A stretch of 64,000 bases of DNA, from assembly GCA_963832685.1 (NCBI GenBank), contig CAWHUZ010000001.1, positions 101,800 to 165,799 of the forward strand, given 5' to 3'. The DNA is from an uncultured beta proteobacterium (GTDB lineage: Bacteria > Pseudomonadota > Gammaproteobacteria > Burkholderiales > SG8-39). The notes under the pieces are model-generated. The model made no database searches. It was given only the letters and a program-made list of their open reading frames with translations, and had not been told where the DNA came from. The position numbers were made by a program, and so were the translations under genes. Shown in pieces: positions 25,521 through 37,969 of the stretch. Within the stretch, counting starts at the first letter, position 1. Each line of letters begins with the position of its first letter.

Positions 25521-25544
25521 TCATAGGAGCCGGGGAAGAGCGTC

Positions 25545-26735
<1,191 letters not shown>

Positions 26736-26740
26736 GGATC

Positions 26741-27052
26741 ATGCAAAGCCAGCGCATCCGCATTCGTTTGAAGGCATACGACTATCGCCTGATCGATCAG
26801 TCGGCGCTCGAAATCGTCGACACGGCGAAACGTACGGGCGCGGTTGTGCGTGGCCCGGTGCCGCTGCCGACGCGACGGCAGCGTTTCGATCTTCTTCGTT
26901 CGCCACACGTCAACAAGACTTCACGCGAACAGCTGGAGATTCGTACGCATTTGCGACTAATGGACATAATTGATCCGACAGACAAGACCGTCGATGCGCT
27001 GATGAAGCTCGACCTGCCTGCCGGAGTCGACGTAGAAATCAAGGTGCAGTAG
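26741..27052 (+). CDS. rpsJ: 30S ribosomal protein S10
   Basis: [21 protein letters not shown], the last 103 aa of ORF 26315..27052. Starts 5 nt after the tuf stop. Confidence 0.97.
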   Translation: MQSQRIRIRLKAYDYRLIDQSALEIVDTAKRTGAVVRGPVPLPTRRQRFDLLRSPHVNKTSREQLEIRTHLRLMDIIDPTDKTVDALMKLDLPAGVDVEIKVQ

Positions 27053-27180
27053 GTAACGAGGATTACAAATTTTTTTCCGGCTCTCTTTTTTGCCGGAGCG
27101 CTAGATTCCCGGGAGACCGGGTGGTTGACTGACAGGAAGGCCGGCCAATTGCAGCCGGCGCCTCAAGAGAGGTTAAGAAA

Positions 27181-27819
27181 ATGACAATTGGACTCGTCGG
27201 CCGCAAGGTCGGCATGACGCGCATCTTTACCGAGGACGGCGATACCCTCCCGGTAACGGTTCTCGACGTGTCCGACAACCGGATCACGCAGATCAAGACG
27301 CCCGACAGCGACGGCTATGCCGCCGTGCAGGTCGCGTTCGGCAAGCGCCGGGCCAGTCGTGTCGTCAAGCCGCTTGCCGGCCATCTCGCCAAGGCTGCGG
27401 TGGAAGCGGGCCACACCCTAAAGGAATTTCGCGCCAGGCCGGAGGAGCTCGCCGACCTCAAGGTCGGCGCCAAGCTTGGCGTCGAGCTGTTCAAGGTCGG
27501 ACAGAAGGTCGACGTCACGGGAATTTCAATTGGCAAGGGGTTCGCAGGCGTGATCAAGCGCCATCATTTCTCGTCGAACCGCGCTTCACACGGCAATTCG
27601 GTCTCGCACAACAAGCCGGGATCCACTGGACAGAACCAGGATCCTGGGCGCGTGTTCCCCGGCAAGCGCATGGCCGGCCACCTCGGCGACGTGCGGCGCA
27701 CGGTGCAGAACCTCGTGGTGGTGCGGGTCGATGCGGAGCGCCAGCTACTGCTCGTAAGGGGCGCGGTTCCCGGCTCCCGCGGTCGCGATGTGATCGTGCG
27801 GCCCACGGCGAAGGGCTAG
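27181..27819 (+). CDS. rplC: 50S ribosomal protein L3
   Basis: [20 protein letters not shown]. Confidence 0.98.
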   Translation: MTIGLVGRKVGMTRIFTEDGDTLPVTVLDVSDNRITQIKTPDSDGYAAVQVAFGKRRASRVVKPLAGHLAKAAVEAGHTLKEFRARPEELADLKVGAKLGVELFKVGQKVDVTGISIGKGFAGVIKRHHFSSNRASHGNSVSHNKPGSTGQNQDPGRVFPGKRMAGHLGDVRRTVQNLVVVRVDAERQLLLVRGAVPGSRGRDVIVRPTAKG

Positions 27820-27827
27820 GAGGCGCC

Positions 27828-28445
27828 ATGGAACTGAAGATGGTTGATGACAAGGGCGCCGCGGGCACGTTCAATGCGCCCGACGCACTGTTCGGGCGCG
27901 ACTTCAACGAAGATCTGGTGCACCAGGTCGTCGTGGCCTACCAGGCGAACGCTCGTCTGGGGACCCGCAAGCAGAAGGAGCGCAGCGACGTGGCCAAGTC
28001 GACGCGCAAGCCCTGGCGGCAAAAGGGTACCGGTCGCGCGCGTGCAGGTATGGCTTCGAGCCCGCTGTGGCGCGGGGGTGGCAAGATCTTCGCCGCGAGT
28101 CCCGACGAGAATTTTTCGCACAAGGTCAACCGAAAGATGTACCGCGCGGGCATGGCATCGATCCTGTCGCAACTTGCGCGGGAAGACCGAATCCGCGTTG
28201 TCGACGATTTCAAGCTGGATGCGCCGAAAACAAAGCTCTTTGCGCAGAAAGTAAAGTCGATGGGCTTCGACAGCCTGCTCCTGATTACCGACGAAATCGA
28301 TGAGAACCTGCTGCTGTCTTCACGCAATCTACCGAATGTGATGGTGGTCGCGGCACGCCACGCCAATCCCGTGGCGCTAGTGCGGTTTCCGAACGTTCTG
28401 CTGACCAAGAAGGCGGTGCAGAAGCTCGAGGAGATGCTGAAATGA
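27828..28445 (+). CDS. rplD: 50S ribosomal protein L4
   Basis: 205 aa. AGGAGG upstream, [11 protein letters not shown] motif, conserved position. Confidence 0.97.
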   Translation: MELKMVDDKGAAGTFNAPDALFGRDFNEDLVHQVVVAYQANARLGTRKQKERSDVAKSTRKPWRQKGTGRARAGMASSPLWRGGGKIFAASPDENFSHKVNRKMYRAGMASILSQLAREDRIRVVDDFKLDAPKTKLFAQKVKSMGFDSLLLITDEIDENLLLSSRNLPNVMVVAARHANPVALVRFPNVLLTKKAVQKLEEMLK

Positions 28446-28756
28446 CGGCGACCAAGAGATACAGCGCCGATCGGCTGATGAAGGTGGTTCTGGCGCCGAT
28501 AGTGTCGGAAAAGAGCACCATGCTTGCCGAGCGCAGCAGGCAGTACGTTTTCCGCGTTGCGGACAACGCGAGCAAGCCGGAGATCAAGGCGGCAGTCGAG
28601 CTGCTGTTCAAGACCAAGGTCGACGCGGTGACGGTGTCCAATGTGAAGGGAAAAGCAAAGCGCTTTGGCCGCTTCAACGGTCGCCGGCGCAACTGGAAGA
28701 AAGCCTTCGTCTGCCTCGCGCCGGGGCAGGAAATCAACTTCGCGGCGACGGAGTAG
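28442..28756 (+). CDS. rplW: 50S ribosomal protein L23
   Basis: 104 aa. ATGA overlap with rpl[11 protein letters not shown] motif. Confidence 0.96.
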   Translation: MTATKRYSADRLMKVVLAPIVSEKSTMLAERSRQYVFRVADNASKPEIKAAVELLFKTKVDAVTVSNVKGKAKRFGRFNGRRRNWKKAFVCLAPGQEINFAATE

Positions 28757-28760
28757 AGCT

Positions 28761-29588
28761 ATGCCACTGGTCAAAGTCAAACCAACGTCGCCGGGGCGCC
28801 GCGCCCTGGTGAAGGTCGTCAGTCCGGATCTGCACAAAGGCGCGCCCTACGCACCGCTCCTCACCAAGCAATCTAAGACGAACGGCCGCAATAACGCAGG
28901 CCGCATCACCATGCGGCACAAGGGGGGCGGTCACAAGCAGCACTACCGCTTGGTCGACTTCAAACGCAACAAGGATGGAATTGCGGCGAAGGTCGAGCGT
29001 CTCGAGTACGATCCAAACCGCAGCGCAAATTTGGCGTTGCTGCTTTACGTTGACGGGGAGCGCCGCTACGTCATCGCGCCGAAGGGGATCGCCCCGGGAA
29101 CTCAATTGCTTTCCGGCGTGGAAGCCCCGATAAAGCCGGGCAATGCGCTTCCGTTGCGAAATATCCCGGTCGGTACGACCGTGCACTGCATAGAGATGCT
29201 GCCGGGCAAGGGAGCGCAGATTGCCAGGTCGGCCGGCTCGAGCGCTCAATTGCTCGCGCGCGAGGGCTCCTATGCTCAACTCCGCCTTCGCTCGGGAGAG
29301 ATCCGGAAAGTGCATGTTGACTGCCGAGCGACGATTGGAGAGGTGGGCAACGAGGAGCACAACCTGGAATCGATCGGCAAGGCAGGCCGCAAGCGCTGGC
29401 GCGGCGTGCGTCCGACGGTTCGCGGCGTTGCGATGAACCCGATCGATCACCCGCACGGTGGCGGCGAAGGCCGCACTGCAGCGGCTCAACCCCCCGTTTC
29501 TCCGTGGGGCGTGCAAACCAAAGGTTACAAGACCCGACGCAATAAGCGGACGCAAAGCATGATCGTTCGCGACCGGCGCCGGGCATAA
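28761..29588 (+). CDS. rplB: 50S ribosomal protein L2
   Basis: [14 protein letters not shown]...HPHGGGEGR, within ORF 28665..29588. Confidence 0.98.
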   Translation: MPLVKVKPTSPGRRALVKVVSPDLHKGAPYAPLLTKQSKTNGRNNAGRITMRHKGGGHKQHYRLVDFKRNKDGIAAKVERLEYDPNRSANLALLLYVDGERRYVIAPKGIAPGTQLLSGVEAPIKPGNALPLRNIPVGTTVHCIEMLPGKGAQIARSAGSSAQLLAREGSYAQLRLRSGEIRKVHVDCRATIGEVGNEEHNLESIGKAGRKRWRGVRPTVRGVAMNPIDHPHGGGEGRTAAAQPPVSPWGVQTKGYKTRRNKRTQSMIVRDRRRA

Positions 29589-29606
29589 CTCGGCGCGAGG
29601 CTGAAG

Positions 29607-29945
29607 ATGGCGCGTTCAATCAAGAAGGGCCCTTTCGTGGACCTGCACCTCATCAAGAAAGTCGATGCCGTGCGCGGCACGAGCGACAAGCGGCCGATAA
29701 AGACATGGTCTCGGCGCTCAACGATCGTGCCGGATTTCGTCGGACTGACAATTGCAGTGCATAACGGAAAGCAACACATTCCGGTGTACATCACCGAGAA
29801 CATGGTTGGGCACAAGCTTGGCGAATTCGCTTTGACGCGCCAATTCAAAGGGCACTCAGCGGACCGAAAGACCAGTGGCACGCCGACCGGGACGCCGGCG
29901 CCGGCGCCCGCGCCCGCCCCGGCTCCTGCGGCCGGCAAGAAGTAA
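29607..29945 (+). CDS. rpsS: 30S ribosomal protein S19 with (Pro-Ala)n C-terminal extension
   Basis: [15 protein letters not shown]. 112 aa, versus about 92 aa in E. coli. Confidence 0.97.
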   Translation: MARSIKKGPFVDLHLIKKVDAVRGTSDKRPIKTWSRRSTIVPDFVGLTIAVHNGKQHIPVYITENMVGHKLGEFALTRQFKGHSADRKTSGTPTGTPAPAPAPAPAPAAGKK

Positions 29946-29955
29946 GGAGTTTGAC

Positions 29956-30285
29956 ATGGAGACGCGAGCAGTTCTTCGTGGCGCAAGAATGTCCGCCCAG
30001 AAAGGGCGGGTAGTGGCAGATCTCATCCGCGGCAAGCCGGTGGACCGTGCACTCAATATTCTTGCTTTTACCCCTCGGAAGGGTGCGGCGATCGTCAAGA
30101 AGGTGCTGGAGTCGGCGATCGCGAATGCGGAGCACAACGACGGCGCGGATATCGATGTGCTGAAGGTCAAAACGATTCACGTCGAGCGCGGCGCCTTCCT
30201 CAAGCGCTTCCACGCGCGTGCGAAAGGCCGAGGCAACAGAGTGCTCAAGCATACCTGTCACATCTACATCACGGTCGGGGACTGA
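29956..30285 (+). CDS. rplV: 50S ribosomal protein L22
   Basis: [26 protein letters not shown], within ORF 29875..30285. Confidence 0.97.
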   Translation: METRAVLRGARMSAQKGRVVADLIRGKPVDRALNILAFTPRKGAAIVKKVLESAIANAEHNDGADIDVLKVKTIHVERGAFLKRFHARAKGRGNRVLKHTCHIYITVGD

Positions 30286-30295
30286 GAGAGAGAAT

Positions 30296-31207
30296 ATGGG
30301 ACAGAAGATCAATCCGATCGGCTTCCGGCTGGCGGTCAACAGAAACTGGAGCTCGCGCTGGTACGCGAGCACACGCGCTTTTGCCGGCATGCTGGCCGAC
30401 GACATCAAGGTGCGCGCGTTCCTTAAGAAGAAACTCGCGCACGCTTCCGTTGGGCGCGTAGTGATCGAGCGGCCCGCGAAGGACGCGCGCATTACCATCT
30501 ATTCGGCAAGGCCCGGCGTTGTGATTGGGAAGAAGGGCGAAGAGATCGAATCGCTTAAAGGGGAGCTTCGTAAGTTGATGGGCGTTCAGCAGGTGCACGT
30601 CAATATCGAGGAGATCCGAAAGCCCGAGATCGACGCTCAGCTGATCGCGGATTCGATCGCGCAGCAACTTGAGAAGCGCATCATGTTCCGGCGCGCAATG
30701 AAACGAGCGATGCAAAACGCGATGCGTCTGGGTGCCCAAGGTATCAAGATTATGAGTGCCGGCCGTCTGAACGGCATCGAGATCGCGCGAACAGAGTGGT
30801 ATCGCGAGGGACGCGTGCCTCTGCATACGCTGCGTGCCGACATCGACTATGGGTTCGGCGAGGCAAAGACCACCTACGGCGTCATTGGAATCAAGGTGTG
30901 GGTCTACAAAGGCGAGGTGGTGCAGAAGAACGAGGCCCAGACGGCGTTGCCGTCCGTGGCGCCGGCATCTGCTGAGGAGCCCGCCGCGCCGAAGCGCGCA
31001 AAGAAGCCGGTTCCGAGGCCCGCCGGACGCAGGGCGCCGGCCAGAACTTCGCCGGACGGTGAGGCTAAGAAGCCCGCGCGCTCGCGTGCCGCGAAGAAGG
31101 ATGACGGTACGCGCGCGGCCAAACCGAAGACCTCAGTCAAACGCACGCGCAAGGCGGTTGCAAAGGACGGCGACTCGACTCCGAGCGACGAGGGCAAGAA
31201 GGAGTAA
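30296..31207 (+). CDS. rpsC: 30S ribosomal protein S3 with long Lys/Ala/Pro-rich C-terminal extension
   Basis: [12 protein letters not shown], within ORF 30218..31207. 303 aa. Confidence 0.97.
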   Translation: MGQKINPIGFRLAVNRNWSSRWYASTRAFAGMLADDIKVRAFLKKKLAHASVGRVVIERPAKDARITIYSARPGVVIGKKGEEIESLKGELRKLMGVQQVHVNIEEIRKPEIDAQLIADSIAQQLEKRIMFRRAMKRAMQNAMRLGAQGIKIMSAGRLNGIEIARTEWYREGRVPLHTLRADIDYGFGEAKTTYGVIGIKVWVYKGEVVQKNEAQTALPSVAPASAEEPAAPKRAKKPVPRPAGRRAPARTSPDGEAKKPARSRAAKKDDGTRAAKPKTSVKRTRKAVAKDGDSTPSDEGKKE

Positions 31208-31210
31208 GCG

Positions 31211-31624
31211 ATGCTTCAGCCAGCACGTACGAAATACCGCAAGCAACAGAAGGGCCGCAATAAGGGTGTCGCAACTCGCGGGGCGAAAGTGTCGTTCGGC
31301 GAATACGGACTCAAGGCCCTCACGCGGGGTCGAATTACTGCGCGCCAAATTGAAGCGGCGCGGCGCGCGATGTCACGTCACATCAAGCGCGGCGGACGGA
31401 TCTGGATCCGCATCTTTCCGGATAAGCCAATTTCCCAGAAACCTGCCGAGGTACGCATGGGGAACGGAAAGGGCAACCCAGAGTACTTCGTCGCCGAGAT
31501 TCAACCGGGCAAGATCCTCTACGAAATGGACGGCGTAACCGAGCCCCTTGCGCGACAGGCCTTCGCGCTCGCCGCGGCGAAATTGCCGTTCAAGACCGCG
31601 GTTGTACACCGCATGCTGGGGTAG
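31211..31624 (+). CDS. rplP: 50S ribosomal protein L16
   Basis: [19 protein letters not shown]. Confidence 0.98.
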   Translation: MLQPARTKYRKQQKGRNKGVATRGAKVSFGEYGLKALTRGRITARQIEAARRAMSRHIKRGGRIWIRIFPDKPISQKPAEVRMGNGKGNPEYFVAEIQPGKILYEMDGVTEPLARQAFALAAAKLPFKTAVVHRMLG

Positions 31625-31627
31625 TCC

Positions 31628-31819
31628 ATGAAGACGAGCGAACTTCGAGAAAAGGGTGCCGACGACCTGCAGAAGGAGCTAAGCGAGCTTCTCAAGGCGC
31701 AATTCGGCTTGCGTATGCAGGTCGCGACGCAGCAACTGACCAACACCAGCCAAATGAAGAAGGTGCGGCGCGACATTGCGCGCGCGCGTACCTTGCTGAG
31801 AGAGAAGGTTTCCAAATGA
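31628..31819 (+). CDS. rpmC: 50S ribosomal protein L29
   Basis: 63 aa starting [18 protein letters not shown]. Confidence 0.96.
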   Translation: MKTSELREKGADDLQKELSELLKAQFGLRMQVATQQLTNTSQMKKVRRDIARARTLLREKVSK

Positions 31820-32100
31820 CCGAGCAGACCCCTGCGCAATCTGCAACGAAGAACACCCGTACCCTGACGGGGCGCGTCGTCAGTGACAAGATGCAAAAGA
31901 CGGTGACCGTCCTGGTGGAGCGCAGGGTGAAGCACCCGGTGATCGGCAAGACGATGACCCGTTCGAAGAAGTACCACGCGCACGTCGACTCGGGTGAGAT
32001 CAAGCTTGGCGACCTGGTCGAGATCGCGGAATGCCGGCCACTCTCCAAGACGAAAGCCTGGACGGTCACAAGGCTGCTTGAGAAATCGAAAGAAATTTGA
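31816..32100 (+). CDS. rpsQ: 30S ribosomal protein S17
   Basis: 94 aa. ATGA overlap with rpm[23 protein letters not shown] motif. Confidence 0.96.
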   Translation: MTEQTPAQSATKNTRTLTGRVVSDKMQKTVTVLVERRVKHPVIGKTMTRSKKYHAHVDSGEIKLGDLVEIAECRPLSKTKAWTVTRLLEKSKEI

Positions 32101-32111
32101 ACCGCTTTTCT

Positions 32112-32139
32112 TGCTCAACCGGCTGAAATTGATATAAAA
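32112..32139 (+). promoter_or_regulatory. Putative internal promoter ahead of rplN (spc operon)
   Basis: TTGCTC, 16-nt spacer, TATAAA, in the 163-nt rpsQ-rplN gap. Confidence 0.4.
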
Positions 32140-32263
32140 TTCACAGTCTTTTCGCCCTCCCAAGGCAGATCGGGGGGGGTGTGCGTAATCCCGGACGGGA
32201 TCCAATACTGGCTGCTACGTCGCCTAGGCGGCGGAGCAGAGGAAGTTGGATGGAGAACAAGCA

Positions 32264-32632
32264 ATGATTCAGATGCAGTCCATTTTGGACGTCGCCGACA
32301 ATACCGGCGCGCGTGCGGTCATGTGCATCAAGGTGCTTGGGGGTTCGAAGCGACGCTACGCCAGCATCGGTGACGTGATCAAAGTGAGCGTCAAGGACGC
32401 CGCGCCGCGCGGGCGGGTCAAGAAGGGTGAGATTTACCACGCGGTGGTCGTTCGTACGGCAAAAGGGGTGCGTCGCGCCGATGGTTCGCTGATCCGGTTC
32501 GATTCCAATGCGGCGGTGCTCCTGACGGCAAAGCTCGAGCCGATCGGCACCCGAATTTTCGGACCGGTCACGCGAGAGCTGCGTACGGAGCGCTTTATGA
32601 AGATCGTCTCGCTCGCACCCGAAGTCCTGTAA
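32264..32632 (+). CDS. rplN: 50S ribosomal protein L14
   Basis: [17 protein letters not shown], within ORF 32246..32632. Confidence 0.98.
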   Translation: MIQMQSILDVADNTGARAVMCIKVLGGSKRRYASIGDVIKVSVKDAAPRGRVKKGEIYHAVVVRTAKGVRRADGSLIRFDSNAAVLLTAKLEPIGTRIFGPVTRELRTERFMKIVSLAPEVL

Positions 32633-32655
32633 CCGGGCGCAGGGAGGGAATCACC

Positions 32656-32973
32656 ATGCAAAGAATCAGGAAGGGCGACGAGGTAATTGTCATTGCCGGT
32701 CGCGACAAGGGAAAGCGCGGTACCGTGCTGCGCCGGGTGGATGACGAGCACGTCGTGGTAGAGGGCGTGAATCGCGTCAAGAAACACCAGCGCCCCAATC
32801 CGATGAAGGGCGTAACAGGCGGTATCGTCGACAAGGACATGCCTATAAACGTTTCGAACATTGCGGTGTTCAATCCCGGCACCAAGAAAGGGGATCGTGT
32901 CGGTTTCAAGATGCTCGGCGACGGACGAAAGGTGCGGGTGTTCAAGTCGAACGGCGAGCAGGTGGACGCGTAA
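32656..32973 (+). CDS. rplX: 50S ribosomal protein L24
   Basis: [22 protein letters not shown]. Confidence 0.97.
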   Translation: MQRIRKGDEVIVIAGRDKGKRGTVLRRVDDEHVVVEGVNRVKKHQRPNPMKGVTGGIVDKDMPINVSNIAVFNPGTKKGDRVGFKMLGDGRKVRVFKSNGEQVDA

Positions 32974-32983
32974 GGTTAGCGAT

Positions 32984-33574
32984 ATGGCGAAAGCATCAAC
33001 TCAACAGAAGGAAAAGGCGGCGGTGGCGGTTCCGCCGTCGCGGCTGCACCTGTATTACCGTGACAAGGTCGTCCCCGAGTTGACGAACAAGTTCGGGTAC
33101 AAGTCCGTCATGCAGGTGCCCCGGATCGAAAAGATCACGCTCAATATGGGCGTCGGCGAGAGTACGGGCGACAAGAAGGTGCTGGACAACGCGGTGGCCG
33201 ACATGACAAGAATCGCTGGCCAAAAGCCGGTGGTGACCAAGGCCCGCAAGTCGATTGCCACATTTAAGGTTCGGGCAGGCTATCCCATCGGCTGCATGGT
33301 GACGTTGCGCGGCGCACGAATGTACGAATTCCTCGACCGGCTGGTGAACATCGCCATACCTCGTATTCGTGACTTCCGTGGGATTTCCGGACGTGCGTTC
33401 GACGGGCGCGGCAATTACAGCCTGGGGATCAAGGAACAGATCATCTTTCCCGAGATCGAATACGACAAAGTGGATGCGCTTCGGGGGATGAATATCAGCA
33501 TTACCACTTCCGCGAAAACGGACGAAGAGGCGCGCGCATTGCTCGCCGCGTTTCGCTTTCCGTTTAGAAACTGA
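32984..33574 (+). CDS. rplE: 50S ribosomal protein L5
   Basis: Within ORF 32861..33574. [13 protein letters not shown]...[16 protein letters not shown]. 196 aa with a short N-terminal extension. Confidence 0.97.
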   Translation: MAKASTQQKEKAAVAVPPSRLHLYYRDKVVPELTNKFGYKSVMQVPRIEKITLNMGVGESTGDKKVLDNAVADMTRIAGQKPVVTKARKSIATFKVRAGYPIGCMVTLRGARMYEFLDRLVNIAIPRIRDFRGISGRAFDGRGNYSLGIKEQIIFPEIEYDKVDALRGMNISITTSAKTDEEARALLAAFRFPFRN

Positions 33575-33583
33575 GGTATACGC

Positions 33584-33889
33584 ATGGCTAAGCTTGCTGT
33601 CAAAAACCGCGACCAGAAGCGCCGCAAGACAGTCGAGAAGTTCAAGACTAAGCGCGAAGCGCTGCTCGCAGTGCTGTCGAGCACCGCCAGCTCAGACGAA
33701 GACAAGGACGCAGCGCGCGTGCAGTTGCAGAAGTTGCCGCGGGATGCTTCGCCGACGCGGCTGCGCAACAGGTGCTCGCTTACCGGGCGGCCGCGCGGCG
33801 TGTACCGCAAGTTCGGCCTCGGGCGCAACAAGCTGCGTGATCTGGCCATGCGCGGCGAAGTTCCCGGCGTCATCAAGGCCAGCTGGTAA
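33584..33889 (+). CDS. rpsN: 30S ribosomal protein S14
   Basis: 101 aa ending [12 protein letters not shown]. Confidence 0.97.
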   Translation: MAKLAVKNRDQKRRKTVEKFKTKREALLAVLSSTASSDEDKDAARVQLQKLPRDASPTRLRNRCSLTGRPRGVYRKFGLGRNKLRDLAMRGEVPGVIKASW

Positions 33890-33901
33890 GGAGCAGAGAG
33901 T

Positions 33902-34297
33902 ATGAGCATGAGCGACCCCATCGCGGACATGCTGACGCGCATCCGCAATGCGCAATTGATCGGGCACACGGAAGTCCTGATGCCTTCGTCCAAGCTGAAG
34001 GTGTCCATCGCCCAGGTGCTTAAGGACGAAGGCTATGTTGAGGACTTCGGGGTACGCGACCGCGACGGCAAGTCCGAACTTGCCATAAGCCTAAAGTACT
34101 ATGCTGGCCGGCCCGTGATCGAACGCATAGAGCGCGTGTCGAAGCCCGGTCTGCGCGTCTACAAGGGACGCGATGATCTGCCGAGGGTGATGAACGGACT
34201 CGGCGTGGCGATCTTGTCCACGTCGCGCGGCGTGATGACCGATCGCAAGGCGCGCGCCACCGGTGTGGGCGGCGAAGTGCTTTGCATCGTGGCGTAA
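33902..34297 (+). CDS. rpsH: 30S ribosomal protein S8
   Basis: [18 protein letters not shown]. Confidence 0.98.
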   Translation: MSMSDPIADMLTRIRNAQLIGHTEVLMPSSKLKVSIAQVLKDEGYVEDFGVRDRDGKSELAISLKYYAGRPVIERIERVSKPGLRVYKGRDDLPRVMNGLGVAILSTSRGVMTDRKARATGVGGEVLCIVA

Positions 34298-34307
34298 GGA
34301 GCTGAAC

Positions 34308-34841
34308 ATGTCCCGCGTCGGCAACTTTCCCATCCCGGTCCCGAAGGGCGTTGATGTGAACATCGCCTCGGGCCAGATATCAGTCAAGGGTCCGCTCGGC
34401 ACCATTTCCCGAACGGCCGATCCGAACGTCGCTGTGGAGAGGAACGGCGAGAATCTGATGTGCAAGGCGCTCGGCAATTCGCGCCAGGCCAACATCATGT
34501 CGGGAACGATGCGCGCGCTGATTGCCAACATGGTGACCGGCGTGAGCAAAGGATTCGAAAAGAGGCTTGCTCTCGTGGGTGTCGGTTATCGTGCCCAGGC
34601 GCAAGGCGACAAGCTGAGCCTGACGCTCGGGTTTTCCCATCCGGTCATGCACCAGATGCCCAAGGGCGTGAAGGTTGCGACGCCGACGCAGACGGAGATC
34701 GTAATTACGGGCATTGATAAGCAGCAAGTTGGTCAAGTTGCCGCCGAGGTGCGGAGCTACCGCGCCCCGGAGCCGTACAAAGGCAAGGGCGTGCGCTATG
34801 CCGATGAGATCGTCGTTTTGAAAGAAACGAAGAAGAAGTAA
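34308..34841 (+). CDS. rplF: 50S ribosomal protein L6
   Basis: [17 protein letters not shown], within ORF 34263..34841. Confidence 0.97.
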   Translation: MSRVGNFPIPVPKGVDVNIASGQISVKGPLGTISRTADPNVAVERNGENLMCKALGNSRQANIMSGTMRALIANMVTGVSKGFEKRLALVGVGYRAQAQGDKLSLTLGFSHPVMHQMPKGVKVATPTQTEIVITGIDKQQVGQVAAEVRSYRAPEPYKGKGVRYADEIVVLKETKKK

Positions 34842-34853
34842 CGGGACGAAGCC

Positions 34854-35210
34854 ATGTTCGACAAGAATCCTTCGCGGCTACGCCGCGCGCGACAGACCAG
34901 GCTCAAGATTCGGGAGCTCGGAGCGGTGCGTCTCACTGTGCATCGTACGAACTGCCATATCTATGCGCAAATCACTTCGGCCGCCGGGGACAAGGTTATC
35001 GCCAGCGCATCCAGCATCGAGAAGGACGTGCGAACGAAGCTGAAGCATGGCGGGAACATAAAGGCTGCGGAGTTAATAGGGGAGCGCATTGCCGAAAAGG
35101 CCAAGCGGGCAGGCGTCGAGACGGTCGCGTTCGACCGTTCCGGCTACAAGTATCACGGACGCGTAAAGGCGCTTGCCGAAGCGGCACGGGCCGGCGGGCT
35201 GAAGTTCTAG
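34854..35210 (+). CDS. rplR: 50S ribosomal protein L18
   Basis: 118 aa. [15 protein letters not shown]...[18 protein letters not shown]. Confidence 0.97.
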   Translation: MFDKNPSRLRRARQTRLKIRELGAVRLTVHRTNCHIYAQITSAAGDKVIASASSIEKDVRTKLKHGGNIKAAELIGERIAEKAKRAGVETVAFDRSGYKYHGRVKALAEAARAGGLKF

Positions 35211-35224
35211 AGGCAGGGATCCTC

Positions 35225-35746
35225 ATGGCAAAAATTCAACCGAGAATGCAGACCTCGGACGACCGTTCCGATGGTCTGCGCGAGAAGATGGTCGCGGTGA
35301 ACCGCGTCACAAAGGTAGTGAAGGGCGGCCGTGTGCTTGGCTTCGCCGCGCTTACCGTTGTTGGCGATGGAGACGGCGGAATTGGAATGGGCAAGGGCAA
35401 GGCGCGTGAAGTTCCGGTCGCAGTTCAGAAGGCGATGGAAGAGGCGCGCAGGCGGCTGTTCAAGGTCAAGCTCAAGCACGGTACGTTGCAGCACGCCGTG
35501 GTAGGCCGTCACGGTGCCGCGAAGGTGCTTATGCAACCGGCCTCCGAGGGTACAGGGATCATTGCCGGCGGCCCAATGAGAGCGGTATTCGAGGTGATGG
35601 GGGTTACGAACATACTCGCCAAGTGTTTTGGCTCGACCAACCCGTACAACGTTGTGCGCGCAACCCTAAACGGATTGCAGGCGATGAACACTCCGTCCGA
35701 GATCGCTGCGAAGCGCGGAAAGAAGATCGAGGAAATCCTCTCCTGA
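35225..35746 (+). CDS. rpsE: 30S ribosomal protein S5
   Basis: 173 aa. [29 protein letters not shown]. Confidence 0.97.
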   Translation: MAKIQPRMQTSDDRSDGLREKMVAVNRVTKVVKGGRVLGFAALTVVGDGDGGIGMGKGKAREVPVAVQKAMEEARRRLFKVKLKHGTLQHAVVGRHGAAKVLMQPASEGTGIIAGGPMRAVFEVMGVTNILAKCFGSTNPYNVVRATLNGLQAMNTPSEIAAKRGKKIEEILS

Positions 35747-35754
35747 GGCGGAAT

Positions 35755-35937
35755 ATGGCTGACAAGAAGATCAAGGTGAAACTGATCAAGGGGCTTGCGG
35801 GATGCAGGGAGAGCCACCGCGCGACCGTACGCGGGCTCGGCCTACGGCGCCTCAATCATATGGTCGAGCTGACGGATACCCCGGCGGTGCGGGGAATGAT
35901 TAACAAGGTTTACTACCTGGTGCAGGTAGTAGCTTAA
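35755..35937 (+). CDS. rpmD: 50S ribosomal protein L30
   Basis: 60 aa starting [30 protein letters not shown], within ORF 35623..35937. Confidence 0.95.
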   Translation: MADKKIKVKLIKGLAGCRESHRATVRGLGLRRLNHMVELTDTPAVRGMINKVYYLVQVVA

Positions 35938-35952
35938 GAACCAGAGGTAGTG

Positions 35953-36408
35953 ATGAGGTTAAACGACATCAAGCCGGCAGCGGGCGCCAAGAGCTCGCGT
36001 CGCCGAGTAGGCCGGGGCATCGGCTCGGGTCTCGGTAAGACCGCAGGCCGCGGCCATAAGGGTCAGAAGGCGCGATCGGGCGGATACCACAGGATCGGGT
36101 TCGAGGGTGGTCAGATGCCGCTGCATCGGCGCTTGCCCAAGCGAGGCTTTACCTCGTTGACGCGCGACGCCACTGTTGAAGTACGTCTTTCGGAACTCGA
36201 GCGCATGAATGCCAGCGAGATTGATCTCGCCGCGCTAAAAGCCGAGGGCGTCGTTTCGCGGCAGGCGAGGGCTGCGAAAGTGATCCTTTCCGGCAAATTG
36301 GCGCGCAAGGTGACGCTCAAGGGCGTCAATGCGACGAAAGGGGCGCGCGCCGCCATTGAATCCGCAGGCGGAAAAGTCGTGGATTCGCCGGCGCCGGACG
36401 CGGCATAA
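35953..36408 (+). CDS. rplO: 50S ribosomal protein L15
   Basis: [33 protein letters not shown] 35950 opens with GTG immediately followed by this ATG. Confidence 0.96.
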   Translation: MRLNDIKPAAGAKSSRRRVGRGIGSGLGKTAGRGHKGQKARSGGYHRIGFEGGQMPLHRRLPKRGFTSLTRDATVEVRLSELERMNASEIDLAALKAEGVVSRQARAAKVILSGKLARKVTLKGVNATKGARAAIESAGGKVVDSPAPDAA

Positions 36409-36429
36409 GGCACGCATAGGAAGGCGCAC

Positions 36430-37752
36430 TTGGCCACCGCACTACCCAACGCCGGAAAGACCGGGCGCTACGGCGACCTGAAGCGCCGCCTGTTCTTTCT
36501 TCTCGGTGCTCTCGTCGTCTTCCGCATCGGGGCGCACATCCCGGTACCCGGAATAGACCCCGGCGTGCTGGCCGAACTGTTCCGCGGCCAGCAGGGCGGG
36601 ATACTCGGCATGTTCAACATGTTTTCCGGCGGCGCGCTACGCCGGTTCACTATCTTCGCGCTCGGGATCATGCCGTACATCTCCGCGTCGATCATCATGC
36701 AGTTAATGAGCTCGGTTTCGCCGCAGCTTGAGGCGCTGCGCAAGGAAGGAGAGTCCGGGCGGCGCAAGATCACGCAGTACACCCGTTACGGAACGGTGTT
36801 CCTCGCCCTGTTCCAGGCGACCGGGATATCGATCGCGCTCGAATCTCAACCTGGCCTGGTGCTCGACCCAGGGCTCATGTTCCGGGTCACAGCGGTTACC
36901 ACGCTGGTGACCGGAACCATGTTCCTGATGTGGCTTGGCGAGCAGATCACGGAACGCGGGCTGGGCAACGGCATATCGATCATCATCTTTGCCGGCATCG
37001 CGGCAGGGTTACCGAACGCTGTCGCTGGGACGCTGGAACTGGTGCGCACGGGGGCTATGCATCCGCTGACCGCCCTGCTCATCGCGTTCGCGGTGGTATT
37101 GGTGACCGCGTTCGTGTGTTTTGTCGAGCGCGGCCAGCGAAAGATCCTGGTCAACTACGCCAAAAGGCAAGTCGGAAACCGCGTTTACGGGGGACAGAGT
37201 TCGCATCTGCCATTTAAGCTCAATATGTCGGGCGTGATCCCGCCAATTTTCGCCAGCTCGCTAATCCTGTTTCCTGCAACGATCCTCGGCTGGTTCGGGT
37301 CGCAGGAGGGGATGGTGTGGCTGCGCGATATCGCCGGAACCCTGACGCCGGGGCAACCCATCTACGTCATGTTGTACGCCGGCTTGATCATCTTCTTCTG
37401 CTTCTTTTACACGGCGCTGCAGTACAGCCCGAAGGAGACTGCGGACAATCTCAAGAAGTCGGGCGCCTTCGTCCCTGGTATTCGACCCGGCGATCAGACC
37501 GCGCGCTATCTCGAGCGGATCTTGACGCGCCTTACTCTGGTCGGCGCGCTCTATGTGACGCTGGTATGCCTTTTGCCGGAATTCCTGATCCTGAAATGGA
37601 ACGTGCCGTTCTACTTCGGCGGAACGTCGCTCCTGATCATAGTTGTGGTCACTATGGATTTCATGGCGCAAGTTCAGGCCTACGTCATGTCGCACCAATA
37701 CGAAAGTCTGCTGCGCAAGGCCAATTTCAAGGGTGGGTTGCCCGCAAGGTAG
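36430..37752 (+). CDS. secY: Preprotein translocase subunit SecY
   Basis: 440 aa, TTG start, 10 TM helices. [15 protein letters not shown] and FAGIAAGLP motifs. Confidence 0.97.
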   Translation: MATALPNAGKTGRYGDLKRRLFFLLGALVVFRIGAHIPVPGIDPGVLAELFRGQQGGILGMFNMFSGGALRRFTIFALGIMPYISASIIMQLMSSVSPQLEALRKEGESGRRKITQYTRYGTVFLALFQATGISIALESQPGLVLDPGLMFRVTAVTTLVTGTMFLMWLGEQITERGLGNGISIIIFAGIAAGLPNAVAGTLELVRTGAMHPLTALLIAFAVVLVTAFVCFVERGQRKILVNYAKRQVGNRVYGGQSSHLPFKLNMSGVIPPIFASSLILFPATILGWFGSQEGMVWLRDIAGTLTPGQPIYVMLYAGLIIFFCFFYTALQYSPKETADNLKKSGAFVPGIRPGDQTARYLERILTRLTLVGALYVTLVCLLPEFLILKWNVPFYFGGTSLLIIVVVTMDFMAQVQAYVMSHQYESLLRKANFKGGLPAR

Positions 37753-37777
37753 ATTTGAGACCGGATAGGAGCTCGGC

Positions 37778-37891
37778 ATGAAAGTAATGGCTTCAGTAAA
37801 GAAGATCTGTCGCAAGTGCAAAATCGTCCGCCGTAAGCGTGTGGTCAGGGTGATTTGTTCGGATCCTCGCCACAAGCAGCGTCAGGGATGA
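37778..37891 (+). CDS. rpmJ: 50S ribosomal protein L36
   Basis: Hand translation gives [37 protein letters not shown] (37 aa). Absent from the ORF track; GGAG upstream; conserved position after secY. Confidence 0.93.
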   Translation: MKVMASVKKICRKCKIVRRKRVVRVICSDPRHKQRQG

Positions 37892-37900
37892 TTTAACCTC

Positions 37901-37929
37901 TTGAGCAGATTGGCATTTCAGGATAAAAT
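37901..37929 (+). promoter_or_regulatory. Putative promoter of the alpha operon
   Basis: TTGAGC, 17-nt spacer, TAAAAT, ending 40 nt upstream of the rpsM ATG. Confidence 0.45.
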
Positions 37930-37969
37930 ACTCGGCTTTTCGTTCGCGACGCACTTACGGGACTAGCAC

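Noticed and set aside
29886-29930. GC-rich short tandem repeat (ccggcg/cccgcg units), considered as a CRISPR-like or non-coding repeat.
   Set aside because: It lies in frame inside rpsS and encodes the (Pro-Ala)n tail. There is no spacer/repeat architecture. It is reported as a protein feature instead.
37753-37969. Absence of infA between secY and rpmJ, considered as a possible deletion.
   Set aside because: The secY-rpmJ-rpsM order without infA is normal in many Proteobacteria, including E. coli. It is not an anomaly.
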